Shown here in pieces: positions 31,677 through 41,714 of a DNA stretch of 64,000 nt. The translations under genes were made by a program, and so were the position numbers. The notes under the pieces were generated by a model. The model made no database searches, was not told the DNA's origin, and worked only from the letters and a program-made list of their open reading frames with translations. Positions within the stretch are counted from its first letter, which is position 1. Each line of letters begins with the position of its first letter. The DNA is from an uncultured bacterium (GTDB lineage Bacteria; Omnitrophota; Omnitrophia; Omnitrophales; JACQLI01). The stretch spans positions 21,576-85,575 of the forward strand of contig CAYJTB010000002.1 in the NCBI GenBank assembly GCA_964372875.1, in the 5' to 3' direction.

Positions 31677-32762
31677 ATGAAACCAGTGCTTAGGAATCAA
31701 AAAATCCTTGTCGCAATGTCCGGGGGAGTGGACTCGAGTGTGGCGGCCGCTTTGCTTGTGGAGGCGGGCCATGAAGTCGCCGGGGCCACCATTAGGACAT
31801 GGGCGAGCAGCACGTGTGTGGACCGGAACACGCGCTCCTGCTGTGGTCTGACCGGAGTCGAGGATGCGCGAAGCGTGGCCGAGCGGATCGGCATCCGTTA
31901 TTGGGTTTTTAATTTTGAAGAAGAGTTTAAACGCCACGTCGTCGATTATTTCGCCAGCGAATATTTCAAAGGCCGAACCCCCAACCCCTGTATTGCCTGT
32001 AATGAACATATCAAGTTTCGCCTTTTCTTAAAACGCGCCCGCCAACTCGGTTTTGACGCCATCGCCACAGGCCATTATGCGAAGCTCCAAGAAGATCACG
32101 CGGGCAATTGTTATATCGAAGAAGGTGCAGATCCCGCCAAAGATCAATCTTATGTTCTTTTTCCTCTCGATCAAGATGTCTTAACGAATCTTTATCTGCC
32201 GCTGGGAGGTTATCAAAAATCGGAAATCCGTCAGAAGGCGCGCGATCTGGGTCTCAGTGCTGTGATGGAAAAACCGGATTCCCAGGAGATTTGTTTTATC
32301 CCAAGCAATAACCACGGGATTTTTTTACAAAAAGAATTCGATGCCCCTCAACAGGAAGGCGTCATCCGGACAAGAGAAGGAAAGATCCTTGGAAAACACA
32401 CGGGTTATTATCAATATACAAGAGGCCAGCGCCGGGGCCTTGGTGTTGCCTTTACTGAAAAACTTTATGTCCTCGAAACGATCCCCGAAACCAACGAAGT
32501 GATTGTCGGGACCAAAGACGAAGTGCTGGATGTGGAGTTTTGCGTTGCGCGGGTCAATTGGTTTTTAAGGCCTCAAGAAAAAAATTTCAAGGCCCTTGTG
32601 AAAATCCGGTCTCAGCATGTGAAGGCCCCTGCTCAAATCGAGATTCTGAAAGATCAGGAAGTCCGGGTCCATTTTGAAGAGCCCCAAGAAGCCGTCACAG
32701 CAGGTCAGGCCGCCGTTTTTTATGACGGCACCAAAGTTTTAGGTGGCGGGTGGATTGCGTAG
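31677..32762 (+). CDS. mnmA: tRNA-specific 2-thiouridylase
   Basis: PP-loop ILVAMSGGVDSSVAA. MnmA Cys and C-terminal domains. Confidence 0.85.
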   Translation: MKPVLRNQKILVAMSGGVDSSVAAALLVEAGHEVAGATIRTWASSTCVDRNTRSCCGLTGVEDARSVAERIGIRYWVFNFEEEFKRHVVDYFASEYFKGRTPNPCIACNEHIKFRLFLKRARQLGFDAIATGHYAKLQEDHAGNCYIEEGADPAKDQSYVLFPLDQDVLTNLYLPLGGYQKSEIRQKARDLGLSAVMEKPDSQEICFIPSNNHGIFLQKEFDAPQQEGVIRTREGKILGKHTGYYQYTRGQRRGLGVAFTEKLYVLETIPETNEVIVGTKDEVLDVEFCVARVNWFLRPQEKNFKALVKIRSQHVKAPAQIEILKDQEVRVHFEEPQEAVTAGQAAVFYDGTKVLGGGWIA

Positions 32763-33640
32763 ACAAACTCCAGCTTCTTAGGGAGGTCACACTCTCCTAT
32801 AAGAAAGTTCTCGTGGCCTTTTCGGGCGGCGCGGATTCTGCTTTCGTTTTAAAAATTGCCCGCGATGTCCTGGGAAAAGAAAATGTCCTTGGCGTGATTG
32901 CCAAAAGCCCTTCACTTCCCGCGGCTGAACTCGAAGCCGCCAAAAAAATTGCCGAGGAAATTGATGCCCCGCTTCAAGTGATAGAAACGAATGAGCTCGA
33001 AAATTCTTCCTACACCTCCAACTCCATTAACCGCTGTTACTTTTGCAAAACCGAACTTTATTCCCACATGATTCCCTTAGCCCAAAAATTGGGATACCCC
33101 TTTATTTTGAATGGCACGAATCAAGATGACTTAGGGGATTGGCGCCCCGGCCTTAAGGCCGCTGCCGAATACGAAATTAAAAGTCCGTTGGTCGAAGCTG
33201 GTTTTACTAAATCAGAAATCCGCGAGACCTCTCAGTCGCTCGGGCTTTCCACTTGGTCCAAGCCCCAGGCCGCTTGTCTTTCCAGCCGCATTCCTTTTGG
33301 GACTTCGATTACGCCGGAAAGACTCAGCCAAGTCGAAGTCGGAGAAAGCATCCTTAAAGAGCTTGGATTTGAAATCGTGCGCCTTCGCTGGCTCCAAGAA
33401 ACAGCGGTGATTGAAGTCGGCTCTGACGAAACCGGAACTTTTTTTCAAAACCAACACGTGCGCGAAGAATCTCTAGCGAGACTCAAAGCCCTTGGCTTTC
33501 AAAGGATTCAACTTGATCTTCTTGGCTACCGCTCCGGCCGTTTCAATCCAGCGAAATCTTTCTCGCGACCTCTCTTGCCTTCGCCGGACGCTCAGGCGAC
33601 AATCGAGAATACAGAATCAAAACTGGAATATTCCAAATGA
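32750..33640 (+). CDS. PP-loop ATP pyrophosphatase, LarE-like / TIGR00268-family adenine-nucleotide alpha-hydrolase
   Basis: KKVLVAFSGGADSAFVL. Cys-containing C-terminal half. Confidence 0.6.
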   Translation: MDCVDKLQLLREVTLSYKKVLVAFSGGADSAFVLKIARDVLGKENVLGVIAKSPSLPAAELEAAKKIAEEIDAPLQVIETNELENSSYTSNSINRCYFCKTELYSHMIPLAQKLGYPFILNGTNQDDLGDWRPGLKAAAEYEIKSPLVEAGFTKSEIRETSQSLGLSTWSKPQAACLSSRIPFGTSITPERLSQVEVGESILKELGFEIVRLRWLQETAVIEVGSDETGTFFQNQHVREESLARLKALGFQRIQLDLLGYRSGRFNPAKSFSRPLLPSPDAQATIENTESKLEYSK

Positions 33641-33998
33641 GGCGAGAGAACGAGAAAGCAAAACTTATTTGTGAAGATGCAGAATCCAAGATTAAAACGG
33701 ATAAGGTGTCGCCTTCGTTCGATGGACCTGGCGAAAAATCTTTTCCGGATTTTTCGCCGACGGTCCAACGCCGACTCCGGCTAATGAGAGGTCGCTTAAA
33801 AAATGGTTTCTCTTGCGGAAGGACACGGCCTGGGCGCGCTCGGAAGGCCGAGCGGGCATGGACTGGCCACCCAATCACTGTCTCTTATTTCTCTTATGGC
33901 CAGGAGCGAGGCCGGACGCGCGGGCGAAACACGCCTCGCTGAGGCGTGTTGAGCGGCGAACGGGACGTTGTACTTCCGCTTGTGGAACTAATCCTGTC

Positions 33999-35270
33999 AT
34001 GAAAGCACTCAAAGGCGGAATTAAGCTTGAAGGAAAAAAAGAGGCGACGACGATGCCATGGACGATCGCAAAGCCTTGGGCATCCAAACGCGTCCGGATT
34101 CCGCTTTGCGGATCCGCTCCGGTAAGTCTTCGCTCCCTTGTTAAAGAAGGCGAGCGAGTTCTGCGGGGTCAAAAAATCGCGGAACCCGAGGATGAAAACT
34201 CTACCGCGGCGCATGCTTCCCTGTCCGGAAAAGTAAATCAGATCGCATCTTTCCCGCACCCCCTTTTTGAAAATTTCGAAGCCATTGAAATTTTATCTGA
34301 CGGAAAAGATGAACCTGCCCAAGGAGTAGGACAAGAGCGCGCGGGATGGGAATCCCTGGAACCGCGTAACATCGTAGGAATTCTCCGTGACTTGGGAGTC
34401 ATCTCGCTTCTTCCCGCCCTTTCTCACCCTATCGACACTCTTATTATCAACGGCTGCGAATCCGAGCCGTATCTTACGTCAGAATATTGTCTGATGATGA
34501 GTCATCCTTCGGAAATCTTAAAGGGCGCGGAAATTTTAAGACGCGCTTTAGGGGCCCAAGATGTGATCTTGGCCGTGGAGGATAATAAAGAAGACGCCGC
34601 GGAACTATTCAAAAGCAAAATTTTTTTGGCCCGCTCCAACGTGCGGGTAAAGATGCCGCCTGCGCGTTATCCCCAAGGCAATGAAAAAATTCTCATCCGT
34701 GAAATTTTGGGAAGAAGAATTCATCACGGAGATCACCCGGCAAAATCCGGAGTGGTTGTTTTTGATATCGCAACCGCCCACGCCGCGTTTGAAGCCGTCG
34801 TGTTGCAAAAACCATTTTATGAAACGGTGGTCACGATCGGCGGCGAGTGTGTCGCCCAGCCGAAGAATTTTTGGCTTCGCGCGGGGACCTTGGTGGAAGA
34901 TGCGATCAAGCACTCCAAAGGTTTCCTAAGAAAACCGGCCAAGACGATTCTGGGAGGGCCGATGAGCGGTACTGAACTTTTAACGTTGGATGTTCCCGTC
35001 CTTAAAAGATCGGCCGCGATTCTGGGTCTTCCGCCTGAAGTGGCGAAACCGGAATCGATCGAGCCTTGCATCCGCTGCGGGCTCTGTGTGGATAATTGCC
35101 CGGCTTATATTTCTCCCGTGATGATTACACTGGCCGCCGAAAAAGATCTTTTCGATGTCGCCCAAGAGTATGATGCCCGCCTTTGTATTGAATGCGGAAA
35201 CTGCTCCTACGTTTGTCCCTCCAAACGTCCGATGGTGGAACTGATTCAATACGCGAATGCCAATTCCTAA
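33999..35270 (+). CDS. rnfC: Rnf-type electron-transport complex subunit C
   Basis: I chose ATG 33999 because the 62 upstream codons look spurious. GGIKLEG...VLRGQ N-terminus. Two [4Fe-4S] motifs, CIRCGLCVDNCP and CIECGNCSYVCP. Confidence 0.7.
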   Translation: MKALKGGIKLEGKKEATTMPWTIAKPWASKRVRIPLCGSAPVSLRSLVKEGERVLRGQKIAEPEDENSTAAHASLSGKVNQIASFPHPLFENFEAIEILSDGKDEPAQGVGQERAGWESLEPRNIVGILRDLGVISLLPALSHPIDTLIINGCESEPYLTSEYCLMMSHPSEILKGAEILRRALGAQDVILAVEDNKEDAAELFKSKIFLARSNVRVKMPPARYPQGNEKILIREILGRRIHHGDHPAKSGVVVFDIATAHAAFEAVVLQKPFYETVVTIGGECVAQPKNFWLRAGTLVEDAIKHSKGFLRKPAKTILGGPMSGTELLTLDVPVLKRSAAILGLPPEVAKPESIEPCIRCGLCVDNCPAYISPVMITLAAEKDLFDVAQEYDARLCIECGNCSYVCPSKRPMVELIQYANANS

Positions 35271-36090
35271 AGGCAAAGCGCCTCATATCCGGTCGAGCAA
35301 TTCTGTCCCTCGGATCATGTGGACTTTTATCCTTGCCCTTTTTCCCCTGGTCTTCGTGTTTTTGTGGACTGAAAAATTTGACGCGTTCCGCACGCTTGCC
35401 ATCTCTTCCGCCTCGGGTCTTTTAAGTGAAATGGGAATGCAGAAAATTTTAAGAAAGCGCGTGAGTCTTTACGATGGAAGCGCTCTTCTCGCTTCACTTC
35501 TCTTTGCTTTATTTATCCCTGTGCATTTAGCGTCCTGGCAGGTTGCCCTGGGCGCGGCCTTTGGAATGATCTTTGGAAAACAAATTTTTGGAGGCCTTGG
35601 CCAGAATCCGTTTCATCCCGCGGTCGTTGGCTGCGCGTTTATTTTCGTAGCCTTTGCACAGTCCTTAAATTTTGGAATTCCTTTAATAGGCGTCGAATCC
35701 TACAGTTTGATCACAGCAACAGCCCTTGGAGGACTTGTTCTGCTTTTTTCTAAAATTATCCGCTGGGAAGCGCCTCTTCTTTATTTAACAGGTTATGTTC
35801 TCTTTTCTCTCGCTTTAGGCAACCCCGGCGGCAATTTTGATTGGCTGCTTCTTATCGCCGCATTTTTTCTGGTGACCGATCCGGTCACAACCCCGCTTAC
35901 CCGGATGGGGCAACAATGGTTTGCCTTGGGGGCCGGGATTTTAAGCGCGCTTTTTTCAAAGCCTCTTCCTTTCTTTCAAGGAATCATCTACGCCATTTTG
36001 TGGATGAATGCCTTAAACCCTTGGTTTGACCAGCTCTTTCGTCCCGCCGGTACGCGAAAAGTTTACGGATTCAACCTCGCCCCGAAATGA
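35257..36090 (+). CDS. rnfD: RnfD/NqrB-family membrane subunit
   Basis: Polytopic. NPFHPAVVGCAF matches the RnfD NPAL-VG-R region. Confidence 0.6.
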   Translation: MPIPKGKAPHIRSSNSVPRIMWTFILALFPLVFVFLWTEKFDAFRTLAISSASGLLSEMGMQKILRKRVSLYDGSALLASLLFALFIPVHLASWQVALGAAFGMIFGKQIFGGLGQNPFHPAVVGCAFIFVAFAQSLNFGIPLIGVESYSLITATALGGLVLLFSKIIRWEAPLLYLTGYVLFSLALGNPGGNFDWLLLIAAFFLVTDPVTTPLTRMGQQWFALGAGILSALFSKPLPFFQGIIYAILWMNALNPWFDQLFRPAGTRKVYGFNLAPK

Positions 36091-36575
36091 ATTCTCTTTT
36101 CCTTCGCGCCCTTCTGGCGTCTTTGCCCGTCCTCGGATTTACCCTCCAAATGGAAAACGGATTTATTTATGCGGTCGTCGGTTCTGCAATATTTCTTTTA
36201 GCCGGTTTAGGATTTTTCCTGATTCAGGCGGTCCTGCACCGGTCCATCGAGCGTTTAGGATATTTCTTTCTTCTTTTAGTGTTTGTTGTCATCGCAGAAA
36301 AGTTTTTTTCCGTTTCCATTCTTCTTTTGGCAAGTGTGCTTATCCTGAGTCCGCCGGACCTTTTCAAAAAAAGGAAGAACAAGAAACCTATCCTCACCAA
36401 AATTATTTTTACTTCGTTTTTCTTTTTTATGATCCTCGCTTTTCACGGTGCGTTGGCCGAATGCCTGGGTGTGCGGGCCGGGATTTTATTTTTCCAGCAT
36501 CCTAGCGGCAGTTATTTTTTGGCGGGACTCACGCTCACCGTCTTATCCAAAAAAAGGAATCGAAATAATGATTGA
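36087..36575 (+). CDS. RnfE/RnfA-family-like membrane subunit (degenerate, tentative)
   Basis: Polytopic, 162 aa, sits in the Rnf gene order. Weak resemblance only. Confidence 0.35.
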   Translation: MNSLFLRALLASLPVLGFTLQMENGFIYAVVGSAIFLLAGLGFFLIQAVLHRSIERLGYFFLLLVFVVIAEKFFSVSILLLASVLILSPPDLFKKRKNKKPILTKIIFTSFFFFMILAFHGALAECLGVRAGILFFQHPSGSYFLAGLTLTVLSKKRNRNND

Positions 36576-37104
36576 GTGGCTTTATTTGCTTCTTGGCTTT
36601 TCAAGCCTTTTCGCTCTTCAAAAAGGCCAGGCGCGGACCGCCGACGCAGGCAGGCTTGCAAAATTTTATCTCCGGCTTTTTGGAGCTGTCGCGGTGCTTG
36701 TCGTCATTCATAATATTTGTAACATTTTTGCGTGGAGTCCCAGCGGGTATCAAGAATTGGGAACGGCCAGCATTTTTCTTTGGGCGATCCTTCTGGACTG
36801 GGCGGTTAATGGAATAAAGAAAAAAGAAGAAGGCAGGGGAGAAGCCGCTCTTGCGATCAGCCGGTTTGCCCTGGCGCTCTTTGCCTTCTCTGCCTGGACC
36901 TTAGAAGATGGCGCTATCCCAGCTTCCACGATGAGGTTCTTTTTGGGCTTGTCCCTGCCCCTTGTGACCGGGTTTTTAGAATGGGTATTAATAGGTTTAT
37001 GGAATAGGCTTAGGCTTTCAGACGTGCCTGAAAGGGTTCAAGGTAATCCCGCGCTCTTTTGGATCGCCATGATTCTTGTGCTCGGAATTTGTAAATTGGG
37101 ATAA
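36568..37104 (+). CDS. RnfA/RnfE-family membrane subunit
   Basis: C-terminal RLRLSDVPERVQGNPALFWIAMILVLGI matches the RnfA ...[24 protein letters not shown] region. ATGATTGA overlap with the previous gene. Confidence 0.55.
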   Translation: MIEWLYLLLGFSSLFALQKGQARTADAGRLAKFYLRLFGAVAVLVVIHNICNIFAWSPSGYQELGTASIFLWAILLDWAVNGIKKKEEGRGEAALAISRFALALFAFSAWTLEDGAIPASTMRFFLGLSLPLVTGFLEWVLIGLWNRLRLSDVPERVQGNPALFWIAMILVLGICKLG

Positions 37105-37146
37105 ATCGGCTACACTTTCATAGGAAATGATCGCAAGAGATAAAAC

Positions 37147-38226
37147 ATGATTAATTTACTCATTCAAGCAGCCCTCGAAAAAGGCGCCTCAGACCTTCAC
37201 CTCTCGGTGGGCCGCGGACCCACTTACCGTATTCATGGCGACCTCATTTCCTTTGACCCCAAACCTTTAACTCCCCAAGACCTGGAAACGATGACTCGTG
37301 AAATCACCACCGAAGAACATCGAAAAAAAATTGCTGAGGTAGGAGGTGTAGATTTTGGGTTCTCTTTCAACGAGCAAGCACGGATTCGTGCGTCGGTTTT
37401 TAAAGAAAAGGGAAATTTTGGAATCGCACTGCGCCCATTGCCCAACCGTTTTTTTAAATTCGAAGAGATTGGACTGTCAGAAAAAGTTATCGAGCTTTTG
37501 AACCGGCCTCGCGGCATGATCCTTGTCACAGGTCCGACGGGTTCCGGAAAAACGACCACCTTGGCGTCCATGCTCAATTACATCAATGAAAACCTCCCCA
37601 AACATATTATTACGGTTGAGGATCCAATCGAATTCATGCACCCTCACAAAAAAGCCTTGATTACGCAGCGTGAAGTGGGCGAGGACGTCTCTGATTTTTC
37701 TGAAGCCGTGGTCAAGGCCCTTCGCCAGGATCCGGACGTTATTCTTATCGGTGAAATGCGCGATCTTGCAACGATGGAATCCGCCATTCGTGCAGCAGAA
37801 ACCGGACACCTGGTTTTTGCGACCTTGCACACGACAGGCGCGGCCAGAACCGTCGACCGTATTATTGATGTCTTTCCATCGCACCAACAGGCACAAGTTC
37901 GCGTTCAGCTTTCTGCAACCCTTATTGCCGTTGTCTCGCAGACCCTCTTGCCTAAAGCGGACGGAAAAGGCCGTGTGGGCGCCTTCGAAATCATGATTGC
38001 AACACCCGCTATCCGGAATCTGATCCGGGAAGGAAAGACTTATCAGATTACCTCTGAGATCCAGACCGGGGCCCGGTACGGAATGAAACTCTTGGATGAT
38101 CACTTACGCGAGCTTTATGAAGCCAATCTCGTCTCTTTTGATTCTGCTATGCAGGCCGCTTACGAACCTAAAGAACTCTCCGAGAAAATTGTTCGGACCG
38201 TAGGTGCGGGCAAGGCGAAAAAATAA
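37147..38226 (+). CDS. pilT: Type IV pilus retraction ATPase
   Basis: Walker A GPTGSGKTTT. PilT N-terminus MINLLIQAALEKGASDLHL. AIRNLIREGK motif. Confidence 0.85.
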   Translation: MINLLIQAALEKGASDLHLSVGRGPTYRIHGDLISFDPKPLTPQDLETMTREITTEEHRKKIAEVGGVDFGFSFNEQARIRASVFKEKGNFGIALRPLPNRFFKFEEIGLSEKVIELLNRPRGMILVTGPTGSGKTTTLASMLNYINENLPKHIITVEDPIEFMHPHKKALITQREVGEDVSDFSEAVVKALRQDPDVILIGEMRDLATMESAIRAAETGHLVFATLHTTGAARTVDRIIDVFPSHQQAQVRVQLSATLIAVVSQTLLPKADGKGRVGAFEIMIATPAIRNLIREGKTYQITSEIQTGARYGMKLLDDHLRELYEANLVSFDSAMQAAYEPKELSEKIVRTVGAGKAKK

Positions 38227-38425
38227 GGCAAAGACAGCCTCGGATTTTGAGGTTGCAAGGGGCGAAAGTTTTAGTTATCATAGCGCAGCCTCAGGGATTA
38301 AAGGTTACGCGTGGGACTACCCCTTCCAATCTCCTCCCAGGCTCCGAATCTTAAATAATAGAGTAAATTGTAAGCGAGTAAAAACGTTCTTTCTGGCTAT
38401 TGACTCACCTTAAGCATGAAACCCT

Positions 38426-41110
38426 ATGTCTAAACGTCTGTTTCTCATTGACGGACATTCTTTTTGTTACCGGGCGTTTTACGCCATTAGGTCTCTTTCA
38501 ACGTCGCGCGGCGAGGCCACAAATGCCATTTATGGATTTGTGACCATGCTGAGAAAGCTCGTGAATGAAGAGAAACCGGATTACCTTGCAATCTGTTTTG
38601 ACCGTAAGGAACCCACGTTTCGTCATGAGCGGTACAAAGAGTACAAAGCGCACCGCAAACCCATGCCCGATGACCTCATCGAACAGATGCCGGCCATTAA
38701 GGAACTGGTGACCGAGGCCTACCGGATTTGCCTTTTTGAGATGCCGGGTTATGAGGCGGACGATCTCATCGGGACCATTGCGCGGCGGGCGGAAAAAGAA
38801 GGCTTTGAGGTTTTTATTGTCACAGGCGACAAAGATGCGCTGCAGCTGGTGGATGACAAAATCAGAATTTATAACACTCACAAAGAGGGACTCATTTACG
38901 ACTCAAAAAAAGTCATGGAACGATTTGAAGGTTTAGGCCCAGAAAAAGTGGTAGAGGTGATGGCGCTTATGGGAGATTCCTCCGACAATATCCCGGGCGT
39001 TCCGGGCATTGGAGAAAAAACCGCCATTCGTCTCATTCAAGAATACGGCTCCGTCGACAGTCTCTATAAAAATATTAATGGTTTGAAATTAAAAGCCTTG
39101 GTTCAAACACTGCGTGAGAATGAACAAATCGCCCGGCTCTCCAAAGACCTGGCGCAAATTGACGTTCAAGTTCCTCTTGAAATCCATTGGGATGACCTTC
39201 GAATGAAGCCTGCGGACGAAGAAAAACTCGGCCAGCTTTTCAAGCGTTACGAATTCCGCACTCTTTTAAAAGAGCTCACTCCTACCGGTGAGGAAAAAAG
39301 CGCCGCGCGGTGTTACCAATCGATTACCCATGAGAAAGACCTAACCGCTTTGGTGAAGGATCTAGAGAAAGTGGATTTTTTTAGCTTTGACACTGAAACG
39401 ACGTCAGCCGATCCCATGCGGGCCTGTCTGGTGGGGATGAGTTTTTCATGGAAGCATTACAAGGCGGCTTATATTCCTACTTCCTCAGACCGGCACAAAG
39501 GCCCGGGCATTCCCGAAAAGCGCGCGTTGGAGATCGTCAAACCCCTTTTAGAAAATCCAAAATACAAAAAAGCCGGGCAAAACATTAAATATGATTCCAT
39601 CGTCATGCGCCGTCACGGGGTTCATTTGCAGGGAATTTGTTTTGATACGATGATCGCCAGTTACCTCGCCAACCCCATTAAGCTCAACCACAATCTCGAT
39701 GACATCTCTTTTGAATTTCTCCATGTCAAAAAAATTACCACGAAATCGCTTCTTGAAGGCGAAGGCAAAACCAAACTTCAATCCATGGATCTAGTCGCAC
39801 TGGAAAAAATCAGCGAATACGCCTGTGAAGATGCGGACTGCGTTTACCGGCTGATTCCCATCTTAAAAGATAAATTGGCGGCGCTGGAGCTGACGGAATT
39901 TTACGAGACCCTCGAACTTCCTCTCTCTGAAGTCCTGGCCCAAATGGAAATGAACGGTGTCAAAATTGACCTTAAGTTTCTGGCCAAACTTTCCGAAAAG
40001 ATGGCAGGCGATCTTGAACGTCTTACCCGCGACATTTACCGCGGAGCGGGTGAAGAATTTAACATCAATTCCACCAAACAGCTCGCCGAAATCCTTTTCG
40101 TTAAATTGAAATTTCCCGTGATCAGACGAACCAAAACAGGTTTTTCCACCGATGTCAGCGTGCTCGAAAAGCTCGCGGAAAGTTATCCGCTTCCGAAGCT
40201 GCTTCTTGAATACCGCGAGAAGGCAAAACTCAAATCCACTTATTTTGACGCGCTGCCCGAGATGGTGAATCCCGAGACCGGTTTAATCCATACTTCTTAT
40301 CACCAGACCGTCACTGCCACAGGCAGGCTTTCAAGTTCTGAGCCCAATCTTCAAAATATTCCGATTAAAACCGAAACCGGCCGCGAGATCAGGAAGGCCT
40401 TTGTCGCACGCGCCAAAGACCGCAAGATCCTTTCTGCCGATTATTCACAGATTGAGCTCCGGATCCTGGCGCACCTGTCTGAAGATGAAAATTTGATCCA
40501 GGCCTTTTTGGAAGACCGCGACATTCATAGTTTTACAGCCACCCTTCTTTACGGCCTCGAAGAAAAAGATGTGACGTATGAAATGCGCAATGCCTCAAAG
40601 ACCATTAATTTCAGCATCATTTATGGAAAAACAGCCTTTGGTCTATCGCAAGATCTTGGGATTTCGGTCTCAGAAGCTGATGATTTTATCAAAGCCTATT
40701 TCCTTCGTTATCCGGGAGTCTCAGAATACCTAGAAGCTCAAAAAGAAAAAGCGCGTAAAGACGGATACCTCACCACTTTTCTAGGCCGGCGTTCTTATTT
40801 TCCTGAGATCGGAGCAAAAAATATGCAGCTTCGGGCGATGGCGGAGCGCGCAGCGATCAACGCGCCTATTCAAGGGGCGGCCGCCGATTTGATCAAACTC
40901 GCCATGATCTCGGTTCATAAAGAGCTCGAACGCCAAGAGCTCAAGAGTTTGATGATCATGCAAGTCCACGACGAACTTGTCTTTGATATTTTGAATTCCG
41001 AAGAAGCGGCCATAAAAAAACTTATTATCCGGGAAATGGAATCGGCCGGTAAACTCCGGGTTCCCTTAAAGGTTAAGGTTAATGTCAGTGAAACGTGGTT
41101 CAGGGAATAA
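38426..41110 (+). CDS. polA: DNA polymerase I
   Basis: 5' nuclease N-terminus, 3'-5' exo DTE motif (FDTETT), polymerase motifs A/B/C (DYSQIELR, RRSAKTINFSIIYG, VHDE). Confidence 0.9.
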   Translation: MSKRLFLIDGHSFCYRAFYAIRSLSTSRGEATNAIYGFVTMLRKLVNEEKPDYLAICFDRKEPTFRHERYKEYKAHRKPMPDDLIEQMPAIKELVTEAYRICLFEMPGYEADDLIGTIARRAEKEGFEVFIVTGDKDALQLVDDKIRIYNTHKEGLIYDSKKVMERFEGLGPEKVVEVMALMGDSSDNIPGVPGIGEKTAIRLIQEYGSVDSLYKNINGLKLKALVQTLRENEQIARLSKDLAQIDVQVPLEIHWDDLRMKPADEEKLGQLFKRYEFRTLLKELTPTGEEKSAARCYQSITHEKDLTALVKDLEKVDFFSFDTETTSADPMRACLVGMSFSWKHYKAAYIPTSSDRHKGPGIPEKRALEIVKPLLENPKYKKAGQNIKYDSIVMRRHGVHLQGICFDTMIASYLANPIKLNHNLDDISFEFLHVKKITTKSLLEGEGKTKLQSMDLVALEKISEYACEDADCVYRLIPILKDKLAALELTEFYETLELPLSEVLAQMEMNGVKIDLKFLAKLSEKMAGDLERLTRDIYRGAGEEFNINSTKQLAEILFVKLKFPVIRRTKTGFSTDVSVLEKLAESYPLPKLLLEYREKAKLKSTYFDALPEMVNPETGLIHTSYHQTVTATGRLSSSEPNLQNIPIKTETGREIRKAFVARAKDRKILSADYSQIELRILAHLSEDENLIQAFLEDRDIHSFTATLLYGLEEKDVTYEMRNASKTINFSIIYGKTAFGLSQDLGISVSEADDFIKAYFLRYPGVSEYLEAQKEKARKDGYLTTFLGRRSYFPEIGAKNMQLRAMAERAAINAPIQGAAADLIKLAMISVHKELERQELKSLMIMQVHDELVFDILNSEEAAIKKLIIREMESAGKLRVPLKVKVNVSETWFRE

Positions 41111-41708
41111 AAAAAAGAGGCCGCTTCGGGTGGGACTTACCGGCAGTTTTGGAGCCGGCAAGAGCACCGTGGCGGGACTTTTTAAAAAAAACGGGGCGCA
41201 TGTGATCAGCGCCGACCGGCTGGCTCATGAAGTGTTCCATAAAACCAATCCGGTTTCTAGAAAGATCCGGTCGCTTTTTCCGGAAATCAAAGGAAGTTTG
41301 ACCCGGGCCAAGGTCGCCCAAATCATTTTTCAAGATCCCTCGAGGCGTTTAGTTCTCGAGTCCGTCATTCATCCTTATGTTTTTCAGCGCATCGAAGAGG
41401 ATCTGGCGAAAAAAAGAAAAGGGATTTCACTGATGGAAATCCCGCTGCTTTTTGAAACAGGTTTTGACCGCCGGTGCGACAAAACGATTGTCGTCAAAGC
41501 CCCGCGCGAAAAAGTATTGAAGCGTCTCCGGGCGAAAGGTTTCGGAAAAAGCGAGATCGAAAAACGCCGGCTTGCCCAAATGAGCGATCAGGAAAAAAAC
41601 AGACGGGCGGATTATCTCATTGATAATTCGAATGGCCTCGAAAAAACCAAAGAACAAGTTAAGACAATTTGGAGTGAACTTTTAAATATTCAGAAAGGAG
41701 CCAATTGA
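41082..41708 (+). CDS. coaE: Dephospho-CoA kinase
   Basis: GLTGSFGAGKST P-loop. About 200 aa. Confidence 0.8.
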   Translation: MSVKRGSGNKKKRPLRVGLTGSFGAGKSTVAGLFKKNGAHVISADRLAHEVFHKTNPVSRKIRSLFPEIKGSLTRAKVAQIIFQDPSRRLVLESVIHPYVFQRIEEDLAKKRKGISLMEIPLLFETGFDRRCDKTIVVKAPREKVLKRLRAKGFGKSEIEKRRLAQMSDQEKNRRADYLIDNSNGLEKTKEQVKTIWSELLNIQKGAN

Positions 41709-41714
41709 AAAACA

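Noticed and set aside
33813-33998. 62-codon N-terminal extension of the rnfC ORF (MRKDTAWARSEGRAG…)
   Set aside because: The RnfC-like sequence begins at MKALKGGIKLEG (33999). The extension lies in GC-rich hairpin DNA.
37233-38103. Minus-strand ORFs inside pilT and polA (e.g. 37477-38103 -, 38498-38881 -)
   Set aside because: Antisense shadows of strongly supported + strand genes. No SD, composition-driven.
38227-38425. Possible tRNA or small RNA in the polA upstream region (…tcatagcgcagcctcagggattaaaggttacgcgtgggactacccc…)
   Set aside because: No cloverleaf could be built. No T-loop GTTCRANYC or acceptor pairing.
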